Source: Haliotis rubra (lineage: Eukaryota). From it: a stretch of 64,000 bases of DNA. Location of the stretch: NCBI RefSeq assembly GCF_003918875.1, contig NW_025766525.1, forward strand, positions 438,865 through 502,864. The letters run 5' to 3'. A program made the translations under genes and the position numbers. The notes beneath the pieces are model-generated. The model searched no databases. It was not told the DNA's origin and saw only the letters and a program-made list of their open reading frames with translations. Positions 51,135 through 61,559 of this stretch are shown one piece after another; positions within the stretch are counted from its first letter, which is position 1, and every line of letters begins with the position of its first letter.

Positions 51135-51250
51135 ATGTGGTGAGCTCCAGTGAAGACCGTGCCATAAATGGATCTGATGATGTCATCGCCCCTAGAGGGA
51201 GCCAGGTGTCTGCCAAGGACAGCCTCCTGAATCTGGAGAGAAACCCACAG
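51135..51250 (+). CDS. WDCP: WDCP-like gene, coding exon 8 (G|DVVSSSEDRAINGSDDVIAPRGSQVSAKDSLLNLERNPQ, phase 1 in, phase 0 out)
   Basis: Acceptor caatttcag|A and donor CAG|gtagtg. Only one frame is open. Confidence 0.55.
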
Positions 51251-51374
51251 GTAGTGTGTGTTGACTGTACAGTCGCTACCAGTCATTGACCCTGTTGCCT
51301 TGTCCTTCAGCTGTAGGGAGTCCAGGCTACACAGTTGGTCCCCAGCTCTGCTCACGTCATGGAACCAGTGGTCA

Positions 51375-52665
51375 AATACTGGTCACTTGGTTAACTGATT
51401 GCTGGCACACAGCTGAAATATTACAACAAATACTGGTCACTTGGTTAACTGATTGCTGGCGCACAGCTGAAATATTACAACAAATACTGGTCACTTGGTT
51501 AACTGATTGCTGGCACACAGCTGAAATATTACAACACTGGCTTGAAATATTACAACAAATACTGGTCACTTGGTTAACTGATTGCTGGCACACAGCTGAA
51601 ATATTACAACAAATACTGGTCACTTGGTTAACTGATTGCTGGCACACAGCTGAAATATTACAACAAATACTGGTCACTTGGTTAACTGATTGCTGGCACA
51701 CAGCTGAAATATTACAACAAATACTGGTCACTTGGTTAACTGATTGCTGGCACACAGCTGAAATATTACAACAAATACTGGTCACTTGGTTAACTGATTG
51801 CTGGGCACACAGCTGAAATATTACAACAAATACTGGTCACTTGGTTAACTGATTGCTGGCACACAGCTGAAATATTACAACAAATACTGGTCACTTGGTT
51901 AACTGATTGCTGGCACACAGCTGAAATATTACAACAAAACTGGTCACTTGGTTAACTGATTGCTGGCACACAGCTGAAATATTACAACAAATTGGTCACT
52001 TGGTTAACTGATTGCTGGCACACAGCTGAAATATTACAACAAATACTGGTCACTTGGTAACTGATTGCTGGCGCACAGGAAATATTACAACAAAACTGGA
52101 TTGTTAACTGATTGCTGGCACACAGCTGAAATATTACAACAAATACTGGTCACTTGGTTAAGCTGATTGCTGGCTGACACAGCTGAAATATTACAACAAA
52201 TACTGGTCACTTGGTTAACTGATTGCTGGCACACAGCTGAAATATTACAACAAATACTGGTCACTTGGTTAACTGATTGCTGGCACACAGCTGAAATATT
52301 ACAACAAATACTGGTCACTTGGTTAACTGATTTAACTGATTTACAACAAATACTGGCTTGGTTAACTGATTGCTTTGGCACACAGCTGAAATATTACAAC
52401 AAATACTGGTCACTTGGTTAACTGATTGCTGGCACACAGCTGAAATATTACAACAAATACTGGTCACTTGGTTAACTGATTGCTGGCACACAGCTGAAAT
52501 ATTACAACAAATACTGGTCACTTGGTTAACTGATTGCTGGCACACAGCTGAAATATTACAACAAATACTGGTCACTTGGTTAACTGATTGCTGGCACACA
52601 GCTGAAATATTACAACAAATACTGGTCACTTGGTTAACTGATTGCTGGCACACAGCTGAAATATT
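51375..52665. repeat. Minisatellite, 54 bp unit (aatactggtcacttggttaactgattgctggcacacagctgaaatattacaaca), about 24 copies
   Basis: Direct reading. Confidence 0.9.
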
Positions 52666-52774
52666 ACTCATTGCTCTACACAACAACAAACTAGCAATGT
52701 GTTAAGTGCTGAGAGAACATCAGGCGTTCTCTATCATCATGTACGATTTCTGTTCCTTAACTTTATGAGCAGTG

Positions 52775-53447
52775 ACCGCCCTCGTCTTCACCACCTGCCC
52801 TCTTCATCACCACCTGCCCTCTTCATCACCACCTGCCCTCTTCATCACCACCTGCCGTCTTCATCACCACCTGCCCTCTTCATCACCACCTGCCCTCTTC
52901 ATCACCACCTGCCCTCTTCATCACCACCTGCCCTCTTCATCACCACCTGCCCTCTTCATCACCACCTGCCCTCCTCATCACCACCTGCCCTCTTCATCAC
53001 CACCTGCCCTCTTCATCACCACCTGCCCTCTTCATCACCACCTGCCCTCTTCATCACCACCTGCCCTCTTCATCACCTCCTGCCCTCTTCATCACCACCT
53101 GCCTCTTCATCTCCACCTGCCCTCTTCATCACCACCTGCCCTCGTCTTCACCACCTGCCCTCTTCATCACCACCTGCCCTCACCACCATCACCACCTGCC
53201 CTCATCACCACCTGGCCTCTTCATCACCACCTGCCCTCGTCATCACCACCTGCCCTCTTCATCTCCACCTGCCCTCATCACCACCTGGCCTCTTCATCAC
53301 CACCTGCCCTCTTCATCACCCACCTGCCCTCCTCATCACCACCTGCCCACTTTATCACCACCTGCCCTCCTCATCACCACCAGCCCTCCTCATCACCACC
53401 TGCCCTCTTCATCACCACCTGCCCTCTTCATCACCACCTGCCTTTCT
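52775..53447. repeat. Minisatellite, 19 bp unit (cttcatcaccacctgccct), about 35 copies
   Basis: Direct reading. The 250-aa ORFs in the track are artefacts of this repeat. Confidence 0.9.
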
Positions 53448-53604
53448 TGAACAAAACTGAAATTCTACAACATGAATGCCTCACATTTCAGAAAGACATA
53501 TTAATATGAAAAAATATTTGTCAAAAGTTCTTATTCATTCTACTAAAAACATGTAAAATCAGTATGGCTGTGAAGTTAATGTGTGTTGCCATGGTGATGT
53601 GCAG

Positions 53605-53727
53605 AGCCTGGTGCAGGATACGTCACAGTTGGTGGTGATTCGACTCCACGACAAGTTGCAGGACCCTAGTGTCATCAGTCGCACCAACGTCAGGGGCGTC
53701 CTTGTGCCAGATGTGCTTACGCATGAG
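53605..53727 (+). CDS. WDCP: WDCP-like gene, coding exon 9 (SLVQDTSQLVVIRLHDKLQDPSVISRTNVRGVLVPDVLTHE, phase 0 in and out)
   Basis: Acceptor gatgtgcag|A and donor CATGAG|gtcagt. Recollected WDCP has …[30 protein letters not shown]. Confidence 0.6.
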
Positions 53728-54059
53728 GTCAGTGGATATTTGTGGAAATATGCAGGTCTTTAAGATTTTGATGGTTTGTTACTAATATGGCAATTCAAGG
53801 TGATATGACCAAATTCATTGTGTGGTCAGGCTTGGTCATTGTACCCGTATAGGTCAGTGTCAACAATGCCAGTCACTGGATTATCTGGTCTAGATGTGAT
53901 TATTTTCAGACCTCAGTCATGGAGCTAGAACTGTGCAAAGTGCAGCATTAAACAGCAAGAAATGAACTGATTGGTGTTTTGAGAACTGTTTGGCTACAGG
54001 TGGTCCTACTTAGTACATGTGTACTCGCATACATGTGATGATCCTGGTTAGAATTGATC

Positions 54060-54240
54060 TTCAGTAACCCATGCTTGTCGTATAACGGGATCGGATGGTC
54101 AGGCTGCCTGACTTGGTTGACACATCATCGTATCCCAATTTTATGGATCGATGGCCATGCTGTTAATCACTGGATTATCAGGTCCATACTTGATCATTTC
54201 CAGACTGCCACTGGAATACTGCTGAATGTGGCTTTAAGCA
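54060..54240 (+). mobile_element. SINE family B, diverged copy in intron
   Basis: cagtaacccatgcttgtcgtataacgggatcggatggtcaggctgcctgacttggttgacaca…atcgatggccatgctgttaatcactggattatcaggtcc… It accounts for the 5' part of ORF 54054-54422 in the track. Confidence 0.55.
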
Positions 54241-54296
54241 ACAAACAGACAAACGTACTCTGCTGTTGTAAATATTTGTTGAATGTTTTCACACAG

Positions 54297-54392
54297 CCCC
54301 GGACCAATTCTGTCATCGTTGGGGGCAACAACCAGAGTCTGTTGCAGATCTTTACTTTCCTGGGTGAAGAGTTACACAAAGTCTCAGACATT
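54297..54392 (+). CDS. WDCP: WDCP-like gene, coding exon 10 (PRTNSVIVGGNNQSLLQIFTFLGEELHKVSDI, phase 0 in and out)
   Basis: Acceptor ttttcacacag|C and donor ATT|gtgagt. Confidence 0.6.
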
Positions 54393-54469
54393 GTGAGTAT
54401 TCTGTCTTGTCTTTTTCTGTAATAGCCTTTCTTTACTAGTGGCAGCACTCAAAGGAAAGACTGGTAATG

Positions 54470-54600
54470 CACACCCACCCCACCACACACCCACACACCC
54501 ATCCTTCCACACACCCACACACACACCCTCCACACACCCACCCCCTCCACACCCACACACACACCCACACCCCCTCCACACCCTACACACCCCTGCTGCT
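54470..54600. repeat. CA/CCCA-rich polypurine/polypyrimidine low-complexity tract
   Basis: cacccaccccaccacacacccacacacccatccttccacacacccacacacacaccctcc…. Confidence 0.8.
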
Positions 54601-54731
54601 TGTTGCTATTGTTGTTTTTCCTATTTGCAAATACATTAGCAGTCTCAAATTGAACCAATGCAACAAGAGAATGGAGGGGAAGACATTTCTCTTTTTAAGT
54701 TGAACACATTCTAGTTGTTGATGTTTTACAG

Positions 54732-54909
54732 CAACTTGAGAAACACCAGCGGCCCAAGGGATCCTGTAGACTGCCTCCCATCTTCGCCCAGACAAGCTCG
54801 GGTGTCCTGGTGATGGTAGGCCAGAGAGATATTTCAGATTCAGCGTTTCCTTCGTCCACCAATGAAGCAAGGTTTACTCTACTTATCAGATACTTCCCAA
54901 TCAAATTAG
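54732..54909 (+). CDS. WDCP: WDCP-like gene, coding exon 11 (QLEKHQRPKGSCRLPPIFAQTSSGVLVMVGQRDISDSAFPSSTNEARFTLLIRYFPIKL, phase 0 in, phase 1 out)
   Basis: Acceptor tgttttacag|C and donor TTAG|gtaaga. Recollected WDCP has [28 protein letters not shown]…. Confidence 0.6.
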
Positions 54910-55188
54910 GTAAGAAAATGAAGATGTGATCTAAAACTGGTTGGTGCAGCTGTAGAAATAGTTTGTAGTTTGTAGAAATAGATACGAGAAGATGTAAGAA
55001 TGTTTGGTTCAATTGAAGTTTGTAAACTGGTAGACTAGGTGCCTAGTATCTGAGGCTTGTGAGATTCCATGGTAGAATAGTTGCCCAGTATCACAGGCTC
55101 ATGGGATTCCATGGTATAATAGGTGTACCTTTCACTAAATATGCATCCTTTATCACTGTTGAAGGGCAATAACTCCTTCACATTTCAG

Positions 55189-55724
55189 ACAAATCTCACC
55201 TTCGTAACAGTTTCTCTGTGATGCCCAGCAACTTGACGTCTGACACTAAACAACAAGAACAGAAGATCAAGAGTCTGAGTGGTTCCAACCTTCCAAGCAG
55301 AACTCCCTCCAAGTCCAGAGTTACCTCCCCTTCAGTGGCTACTCATGATACAAGTAACATCAAGATCTCAGTTGCCCCTTCCTCTCGGTCTTCTAGAGAT
55401 GGAGGAGACACCAACAGACTTGTGCTGGACCTTAGTTCTAATGGAAAGGCAGAAAATCTTGAAACAGAAACAGTGCAATTTTCAAGTCAGACTCCCAAAT
55501 TCCAGAATTCTGATGTGGATAAGTTCTTTGATTCTGTGGACAATGGAAGGAAGGTGAATGGTTGTAGAAATGTGACAATGAATGCTGAGCGGGACTTGCC
55601 GAGTGATCTGAGTCGTGTGAGGAGAGTGGAGCAGGACGATGTCTGTGTAGTAGAGGACTCCAACAGTGTGCCCACACAAGACCAAGCTGGTTGTGACCAG
55701 TTGGCGCTGCTTGTCAACTCACAG
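55189..55724 (+). CDS. WDCP: WDCP-like gene, coding exon 12 (536 bp; Ser/Thr/Asp-rich low-complexity linker …SLSGSNLPSRTPSKSRVTSPSVATHDTSNIKISVAPSSRSSRDGGDTNRLVLDLSSNGKAENLETETVQFSSQTPKF…LLVNSQ)
   Basis: Acceptor cacatttcag|A and donor CAG|gtcagt. It is the long open frame shared with ORF 55218-55751 in the track. Reading through the donor reaches a stop at 55749. Confidence 0.6.
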
Positions 55725-56217
55725 GTCAGTAGCCAGGTCCAAGTCTTTTAGAAAGCTGAAGGGATGGTACTGTATCCCTTTTCAACATCCTTGCTTGAAA
55801 AATTGCTTTCTAGAGTATCTGACATTCAATATTTTACCTCATTTGAAACTGAAATTGTCGCTTGCAGACAAGCTTGTGTAAACAACAATCTGAAAAATGT
55901 CTTTTTTCATGGTGTTATTTATGATGTGTAGGTTATAACATGACCCGTGGGCATATCCCAAGGGAAGAGGGCTTACTGTTCAATAATGCCCACGGGTCAT
56001 GTTATATCCAACTTTTAAATGGATCCAAGGTGTGATTCAATATTTGGTATTTACTGTTGAAATCAACTAGGATGAGACTGGCAGCCGACACCTTGCCTTG
56101 CACGCGAAATGCACCTGTTCTGCACGCGCTACCCGTGTCCTGCACGTGCATTGCCCGCACTACCCGTCTATTGAGGAACACACGGTTCATGCTGACAAAC
56201 AATCTTATTCTTCACAG

Positions 56218-56340
56218 TGATCCTTCGTAGCCTAATGGATAAAATCGCCAAGCTAGAGAGCGAAGGGTTGCGGGTTTGAAACCAGATATCGGCACTATAT
56301 GTTGGAAGTTTTCAATAATGTGATGTTTTACGATCGCATT
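56218..56340 (+). mobile_element. tRNA-like SINE head/fragment
   Basis: tccttcgtagcctaatggataaaatcgccaagctagagagcgaagggttgcgggtttgaaacc has A-box and B-box-like elements but no consistent cloverleaf. Confidence 0.35.
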
Positions 56341-56548
56341 CAGTGATAGCAAGACAAAGTTATATCAATCTTCAAAACAAGTAATATTGAAGTAATATCC
56401 CGGGGCAGAGGGACAATATTTAAGTAATATCCCGGGGCAGAGGGACAATATTTAAGTAATGCCCCCTGGATATGTCTAGAAATACTGCCTTGCAAGAACA
56501 ATAGAGTGACGTCACTGTCGGTTTATAATTTATGTTGATGTCTTTCAG

Positions 56549-56596
56549 AAAGATCAGATTGCTGCATTACAGAAGAAAATAGATATGTTATCTCAG
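56549..56596 (+). CDS. WDCP: WDCP-like gene, coding exon 13 (KDQIALQKKIDMLSQ; coiled-coil heptads)
   Basis: Acceptor gtctttcag|A and donor CAG|gtaagt, phase 0 in and out. The phase does not match the next exon, so a small exon may be missing between them. Confidence 0.45.
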
Positions 56597-56635
56597 TAAG
56601 TATTGATCTCTTCCTTGTTACAGTGGTTTGTTGAG

Positions 56636-56905
56636 TGAGTGAGGGAGAGTTTAGTTTTACGCCTCACACAGCAATATTCCAGCTATATGGCGGCGGTCTG
56701 TAAATAATCGAGTCTGGACCAGACAATCCAGTGATCAACAGCATGAGCATCGATCTGCGTAATTGGGAACCGATGACATGTGTCAACCAAGTTAGCGAGC
56801 CTGACCACCCGATCCCGTTAGCCGCCTCTTACAACAAGCATAGTCACCTTTTGTGGCAAGCATGGGTTGCTGAAGATCTATTCTACCCCGGATCTTCACA
56901 GGTCT
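56636..56905 (-). mobile_element. SINE family B copy (tail at left end)
   Basis: gagtttagttttacgcctcacacagcaatattccagctatatggcggcggtctgtaaataatcgagtctggaccagacaatccagtgatcaacagcatgagcatcgatctgcg…ccatgggttgctgaagatctattctacccc is the RC orientation of the 11875-12170 copy. Confidence 0.75.
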
Positions 56906-57143
56906 ACAGTGTTTTTTTGGTTCAGGTACCTGTTACGGGAAACACAAGTTACAGTATTTCAGAGTTAATTAAACTCGTCTGGCATGAGATCAACACTTTA
57001 GCCACTGGGCAACCCTAAAAACCCACACATTTTCAGTAGGTACAGCATGATATATATCGAGTTTTCAGTAGGTACAGCTAGTGTCTAAAGATGGGAATGT
57101 TATATGATGTGCAAGTGATTATTTTCCCTCCTGTCTGTTGTAG

Positions 57144-57202
57144 AGCTGTAGAAAACACATCGTGTATATTCCCAACCAAATACCAGAGTCCCGAGCAACC
57201 AG
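57144..57202 (+). CDS. WDCP: WDCP-like gene, coding exon 14 (AVENTSCIFPTKYQSPEQP in the frame that joins exon 15)
   Basis: Acceptor ctgttgtag|A and strong donor CCAG|gtaagt. Two frames are open, and the one in phase with exon 15 (phase 1 out) is preferred. It gives KYQSPEQP|EKVKVIY, and recollected WDCP has IIYQKPYYLGPVVEKRAVLL. Confidence 0.5.
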
Positions 57203-57716
57203 GTAAGTCTTGTTCAGTGTGCAACTGCTTCTTGGGAGTCCATTGTGTGTCATTTTGAAATCAGTTGTGCTAGCTTGTAAACAAAGTGTACTGGCTGCCG
57301 GATGATCAAAGGCACCACAGGAACTGTGGAGAGTTATCTCCCCTGGCCAGTTCAAAACAAATGAGTACTTCCTTGATTTTTGCTTTAACAAAAGTGGTAA
57401 AATGTATTCTGTTTACAAGACCAAAAGCTTTCCTGTCAAGTGACCCACACTCATATGACTGAAATACCATTCAAACTTTAACTGAAACTCACTTCAAACA
57501 AACAGAGCTTGTCTTCGATTTCCGTAAAGTTTGTTTGATATTAGAGTAACAAGTTTCAGAATGTTTAGACTGCAGAAATTCTGTTTGTGTCAAGTAGATT
57601 AAAGCACTTATGTCGGTGTCGTCAACCAGGAGGTATTATTGAAGTCGATTTCCATAGATTTGTCATTGGCTTGTTTTGATGCTTGTGAAAGTATATTTTG
57701 TTATTTTGACTCTCAG

Positions 57717-57848
57717 AGAAGGTGAAGGTTATCTATGAGACATCTGATGGCCACACTCTGACCAGGTCATTCCTGCTGGACTCAGGCCGACTGCAACTTG
57801 ATCCTGTCAAACAAGCGTTCGGTCTCGCCACAGTCGAACTTATCATGG
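57717..57848 (+). CDS. WDCP: WDCP-like gene, coding exon 15 (EKVKVIYETSDGHTLTRSFLLDSGRLQLDPVKQAFGLATVELIMG, phase 1 in and out)
   Basis: Acceptor tgactctcag|A and donor ATGG|gtgagt. Only one frame is open. The downstream minisatellite keeps the frame open, but it is intronic. Confidence 0.6.
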
Positions 57849-57869
57849 GTGAGTACAGCAGACCTCTCT

Positions 57870-58547
57870 TCAACTCGTCCTACAGGTCACCACTGGGGTT
57901 ACTCTTCCAGTTGTCCTACAGGTCACGACTGGGGTTACTCTTCCAGTCGTCCTACAGGTCTCGACTGGGGTTACTCTTCCAGTTGTCCTACAGGTCATCG
58001 ACTGGGGTTACTCTTCCAGTTGTCCTACAGGTCTCGACTGGGGTTACTCTTCCAGTTGTCCTACAGGTCTCGACTGGGGTTACTCTTCCAGTTGTCCTAC
58101 AGGTCTCGACTGGGGTTACTCTTCCAGTCGTCCTACAGGTCTCGACTGGGGTTACTCTTCCAGTCGTCCTACAGGTCATGACTGGGGTTACTCTTCCAGT
58201 TGTACTACAGGTCATGACTGGGGTTACTCTTCCAGTCGTCCTACAGGTCTCGACTGGGGTTACTCTTCCAGTCGTCCTACGGGTAACGACTGGGGTTACT
58301 CTTCCAGTCGTCCTACGGGTCAACGACTGGGGTTACTCTTCCAGTCGACCTACAGGTCATGACTGGGGTTACTCTTCCAGTCGTCCTACAGGTCACGACT
58401 GGGGTTACTCTTCCAGTCGTCCTACGGGTAACGACTGGGGTTACTCTTCCAGTCGTTCTACAGGTCACGACTGGGGTTACTCTTCCAGTCGTCCTACGGG
58501 TAACGACTGGGGTTACTCTTCCAGTTGTCCTACAGGTCATGACTGAG
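57870..58547. repeat. Minisatellite, 36 bp unit (ggttactcttccagttgtcctacaggtcacgactgg), about 19 copies
   Basis: Direct reading, starting 20 bp after the exon-15 donor. Confidence 0.9.
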
Positions 58548-58647
58548 GTCAGGTTGTTGAAATACTGCAGCAGTTAGACATGTGTCCCTCGTTTATATAT
58601 CGACACAGAAACACTGATTCGTTTCATCAAGGGTCAGCTAAGGAGGG

Positions 58648-58817
58648 GCAGTGGAGTAGTCTAATGGTTAAAGCGTCCCCTCGTTACGCTGAAGATCCAG
58701 ATTGGATTCCCCACATAGGTACAATGTGTGAAGTACATTTCTGGTGTCCCTCGCGGCTATATTGCTGGAATATTGCTAAAAGTGGCGTAAAACCATACTC
58801 ATTCACTCACTCACTCA
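58648..58817 (+). mobile_element. tRNA-derived SINE family A copy
   Basis: ggcagtggagtagtctaatggttaaagcgtcccctcgttacgctgaagatccagattggattcccc…ctggaatattgctaaaagtggcgtaaaaccatactcattcactcactcactc. Confidence 0.75.
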
Positions 58818-58949
58818 ACTTAGGATGGGTGTTTAAATTTAGGGAGTTATTTGGACCAAGTATTTTCATAAACATTAAATATAAAAACATGATATTCTCA
58901 GTTAGTGGTTAGTCTTGCATCACGTGTATTCAGATGTGTAATGTTGTAG

Positions 58950-59146
58950 GAGTTGTCCCCCCTTTGTTGTCAGATGGTGACCCATGTGTTCTTGGTGCTA
59001 ACATCGATGGCTACATCCCAATGAAGTTCGGTGCTGGATCCACTCTCAGCATCACTGGAGTCCCAGCATGCATCTCTCCATCCTCACCAAGGGACACAAA
59101 CGGAGTGCTAGACAAGGATCCAGTGTCAGGAGCCAGCAGGTGCTAG
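58950..59146 (+). CDS. WDCP: WDCP-like gene, terminal coding exon 16 (G|GVVPPLLSDGDPCVLGANIDGYIPMKFGAGSTLSITGVPACISPSSPRDTNGVLDKDPVSGASRC*)
   Basis: Acceptor tgtaatgttgtag|G in phase with exon 15, with a TAG stop at 59144-59146. Recollected WDCP C-terminus has …LLSADSEGFIPLTF…. Confidence 0.55.
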
Positions 59147-59391
59147 ATCCACCCTGTCTGCAAGTCAGGGGGATTTGGGTAACCTTGGTGTAAGAATTGG
59201 TCCTTGGTGTAAGAGATGGGTACAGTGTTTCGTTCCCTGCCATGATATTGTGTGAATGATGCTATACTCTCTCTCTCCAACCTGTCTACAACTGATGGTG
59301 GTTGAGTGACATTGAGCGTCTTCACAATGTTCTACGTGCAATAGACAAGCAATTATCCATTTACTTTGGCAAATTTGAACGAAGCAACAGC

Positions 59392-59614
59392 TGAAGTGGA
59401 ACACGTTTTATGGATAGACAACTTCTTTGTTGCAGTAGTAGTTGCGACGTTCCGGTGTAGGTCCTAACACCGTTATCAAGAAATTGACAACTTTTTTGTT
59501 GCAGTAGTAGTTGCGATGTTCCGGTGTAGATCGTAACACCGTTATCAAGCAAATGATGTCGCAACTACTACTGCAACAAAGAAGTTGTCTATCCATAAAA
59601 AGTGTTCCACTTCA
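59392..59614. mobile_element. Foldback/MITE-like element with about 50 bp terminal inverted repeats and an internal about 68 bp tandem duplication
   Basis: Left arm tggaacacgttttatggatagacaacttctttgttgcagtagtagttgcga is the RC of right arm tcgcaactactactgcaacaaagaagttgtctatccataaaaagtgttcca. The ttatggata-acaacttctt motif is shared with the MITE at 62656-62797. Confidence 0.7.
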
Positions 59615-61059
59615 TCATACCAGTTTAAATGCCACTTAAGGAAGAAGAAACAGCTGTTTGGAAAATTCTTATGATTCTGAATGTGACACAATCAGAGAGT
59701 TTAGGAAACAGTGATGTGTTTTCTTTACCTATCGTGGAAACAACAGAAATTGTCTTTAAAACTGCATTGCTTGTGCAAGGCCCTGATATGGTGAGACTTG
59801 TGGACATGTACTGCCATGCCTGGCTTTGAAGTTGAGAAACCAGAGGCAGATATCACCACTGTCAGTGAGTCTGTGGCAGCTTTATCAGTGACTGCACAAC
59901 AGCGATGACATCATCATGTAGAATAGAAAATTGACATGTTGAGGGCCATCTGCAGAATACCTACATTTGTATTACTTGCTCCATAGAGGCACGTGTTCAC
60001 TGGGAAATAACAACATCTTTGTCAGTTGCTGAATCTCTCATGTCCTACTTGTCTTTTGTAGAAGTCAGTTAACACATGTATATATCTGCTGAATCTGTGT
60101 AGAAGTCAGTTAACATGTATATATCTGCTGAATCTGTGTTTATAAGTCAGTTAACACATGTATATATCTGCTGAATCTGATGTCCTCCTGTATTGTATAT
60201 ATTAGTTATCACATGTACATAACATTAGAATGTTTTATATTGTTGCTTTATGATGTTTTATTATCATATACTTAAGTTGCTTTTATTCCAAAGAATAGAT
60301 TTTTCAGGTGTATTTTTCACTACAGGGCACCCAGCTTCTGTGCAGAGTTGCCTCCCTTTGGTGTGCAAGACTCGGGGTCCCAGATTTACCCTGATTATCT
60401 TTCCAAGTAGGCAGCACCAAATCTTTCTGTTGGTTTTAACAAAATGGTACATATCTAACCCCTGCAACCCTTCTGGTTTTTCTCCCACTTCATTCCAACA
60501 TGTCGGTGTATTGCCGAATTACTAACCAAACCCGGGAACTCCTTCACTCGCTGCCATGACTCGACCATGGAAGGCAGAGCTGAGTATTTGTTTCCTCAGG
60601 TTGAGTGTTGGTCAATTTAATGAAGTGGTCCTGTCATTGATACTTGCAGTTTGACAGAGAGATGGTGTTTCTAGGAGAAACACACCTAGTATACTGTCGC
60701 ATGTGTGTCTTCTGTTTGCCCAATATGTTTATATTTTATCAAGCTCCACCTACATTCTGTCCCTCATTTCACTCGGTGCTATGCAGATATCTATGTAGAT
60801 CCTCATGTATTGTATACTCAAGTCCAGATGTCGTGTTGGTTGTGTTGGCTTGTGGCTGGTAAGTTACAGCACCCAGCTGCATCATCAAACTATAGTGTGT
60901 GTGTTCCACTTCATGCATGCAAACTATTCCAGATTCCACCTCTCTATGTGTAAGTCCAGTCCTTCTGGACAATGCCTAGAATCATGTTCCAAGGTTTCGA
61001 TGACCACCAAAAGGAAATATGCCATGAGATGACAAAACTTAGTCACTGAGCAGTCAGTG

Positions 61060-61170
61060 TTTTCTGGGTTTGAGCTTGTACAAGCAGTTCCTGGTTTTCT
61101 GGGTTTGAGCTTGTACAAGCAGTTCCTGGTTTTCTGGGTTTGAGCTTGTACAAGCAGTTCCTGGTTTTCT
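61060..61170. repeat. 35 bp x3 tandem repeat (ttctgggtttgagcttgtacaagcagttcctggtt)
   Basis: Direct reading. Confidence 0.85.
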
Positions 61171-61559
61171 GCTCCTGTAAGTTTCTCCTCACTTGCAGCA
61201 AGTGTTTCCAAGGTTTCCATGGTAATGTGTGATCCTAACCATCTGGTTTTAGCTCGTTCTATCTACAATGTTGTACATTTAGATTTTACGTTGTTATGCT
61301 TGTATATCAGATTCCAATACGTCATTGTTACTGCTTGTATGCATTAAAACAATATCAAAAATAAATTATTCTATGAATTTGTTGTGATGCTTTGTGTCAT
61401 AATATGTTTTTCTTGGAATTGTAACATGGTTTTTCACTTGATGTTACACATATAGGTACGAGCATTAATTAAGCACCACCTGATCAATTGTCACAATGTT
61501 GGTCCAACTAGAGGATCATACCCCTGCATACCAAGCACATACATGCAGTTAATATTGAT

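Noticed and set aside
52699-53509. ORFs of 253 and 245 aa with the HHLPSSSPPALFITTCPL periodicity
   Set aside because: This is the translation of the 19 bp minisatellite.
54054-54296. 5' part of ORF 54054-54422 as coding sequence
   Set aside because: It is a SINE-B copy read in frame. The real exon starts at the acceptor at 54297.
57595-57632. Candidate 38 bp micro-exon (RLKHLCRCRQPG) that would reconcile phases between exons 14 and 15
   Set aside because: The alternative frame of exon 14 (…KYQSPEQP) joins exon 15 directly, and fits the homologue better (IIYQKP…VEKRAV), so the micro-exon is unnecessary.
57849-58546. Continuation of ORF 57722-58546 beyond 57848
   Set aside because: The exon ends at the strong donor ATGG|gtgagt at 57848. 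The remainder is the 36 bp minisatellite, which happens to stay open.
4495-58547. The tandem arrays as CRISPR arrays
   Set aside because: The arrays have no unique spacers between repeats, the units mutate gradually, and the context is eukaryotic (introns, SINEs). They are minisatellites.
59629-59829. 66-aa ORF downstream of the gene as an extra coding exon
   Set aside because: It lies after the in-frame TAG of the terminal exon and its phase is incompatible with any donor in exon 16. It is more likely 3'UTR or intergenic.
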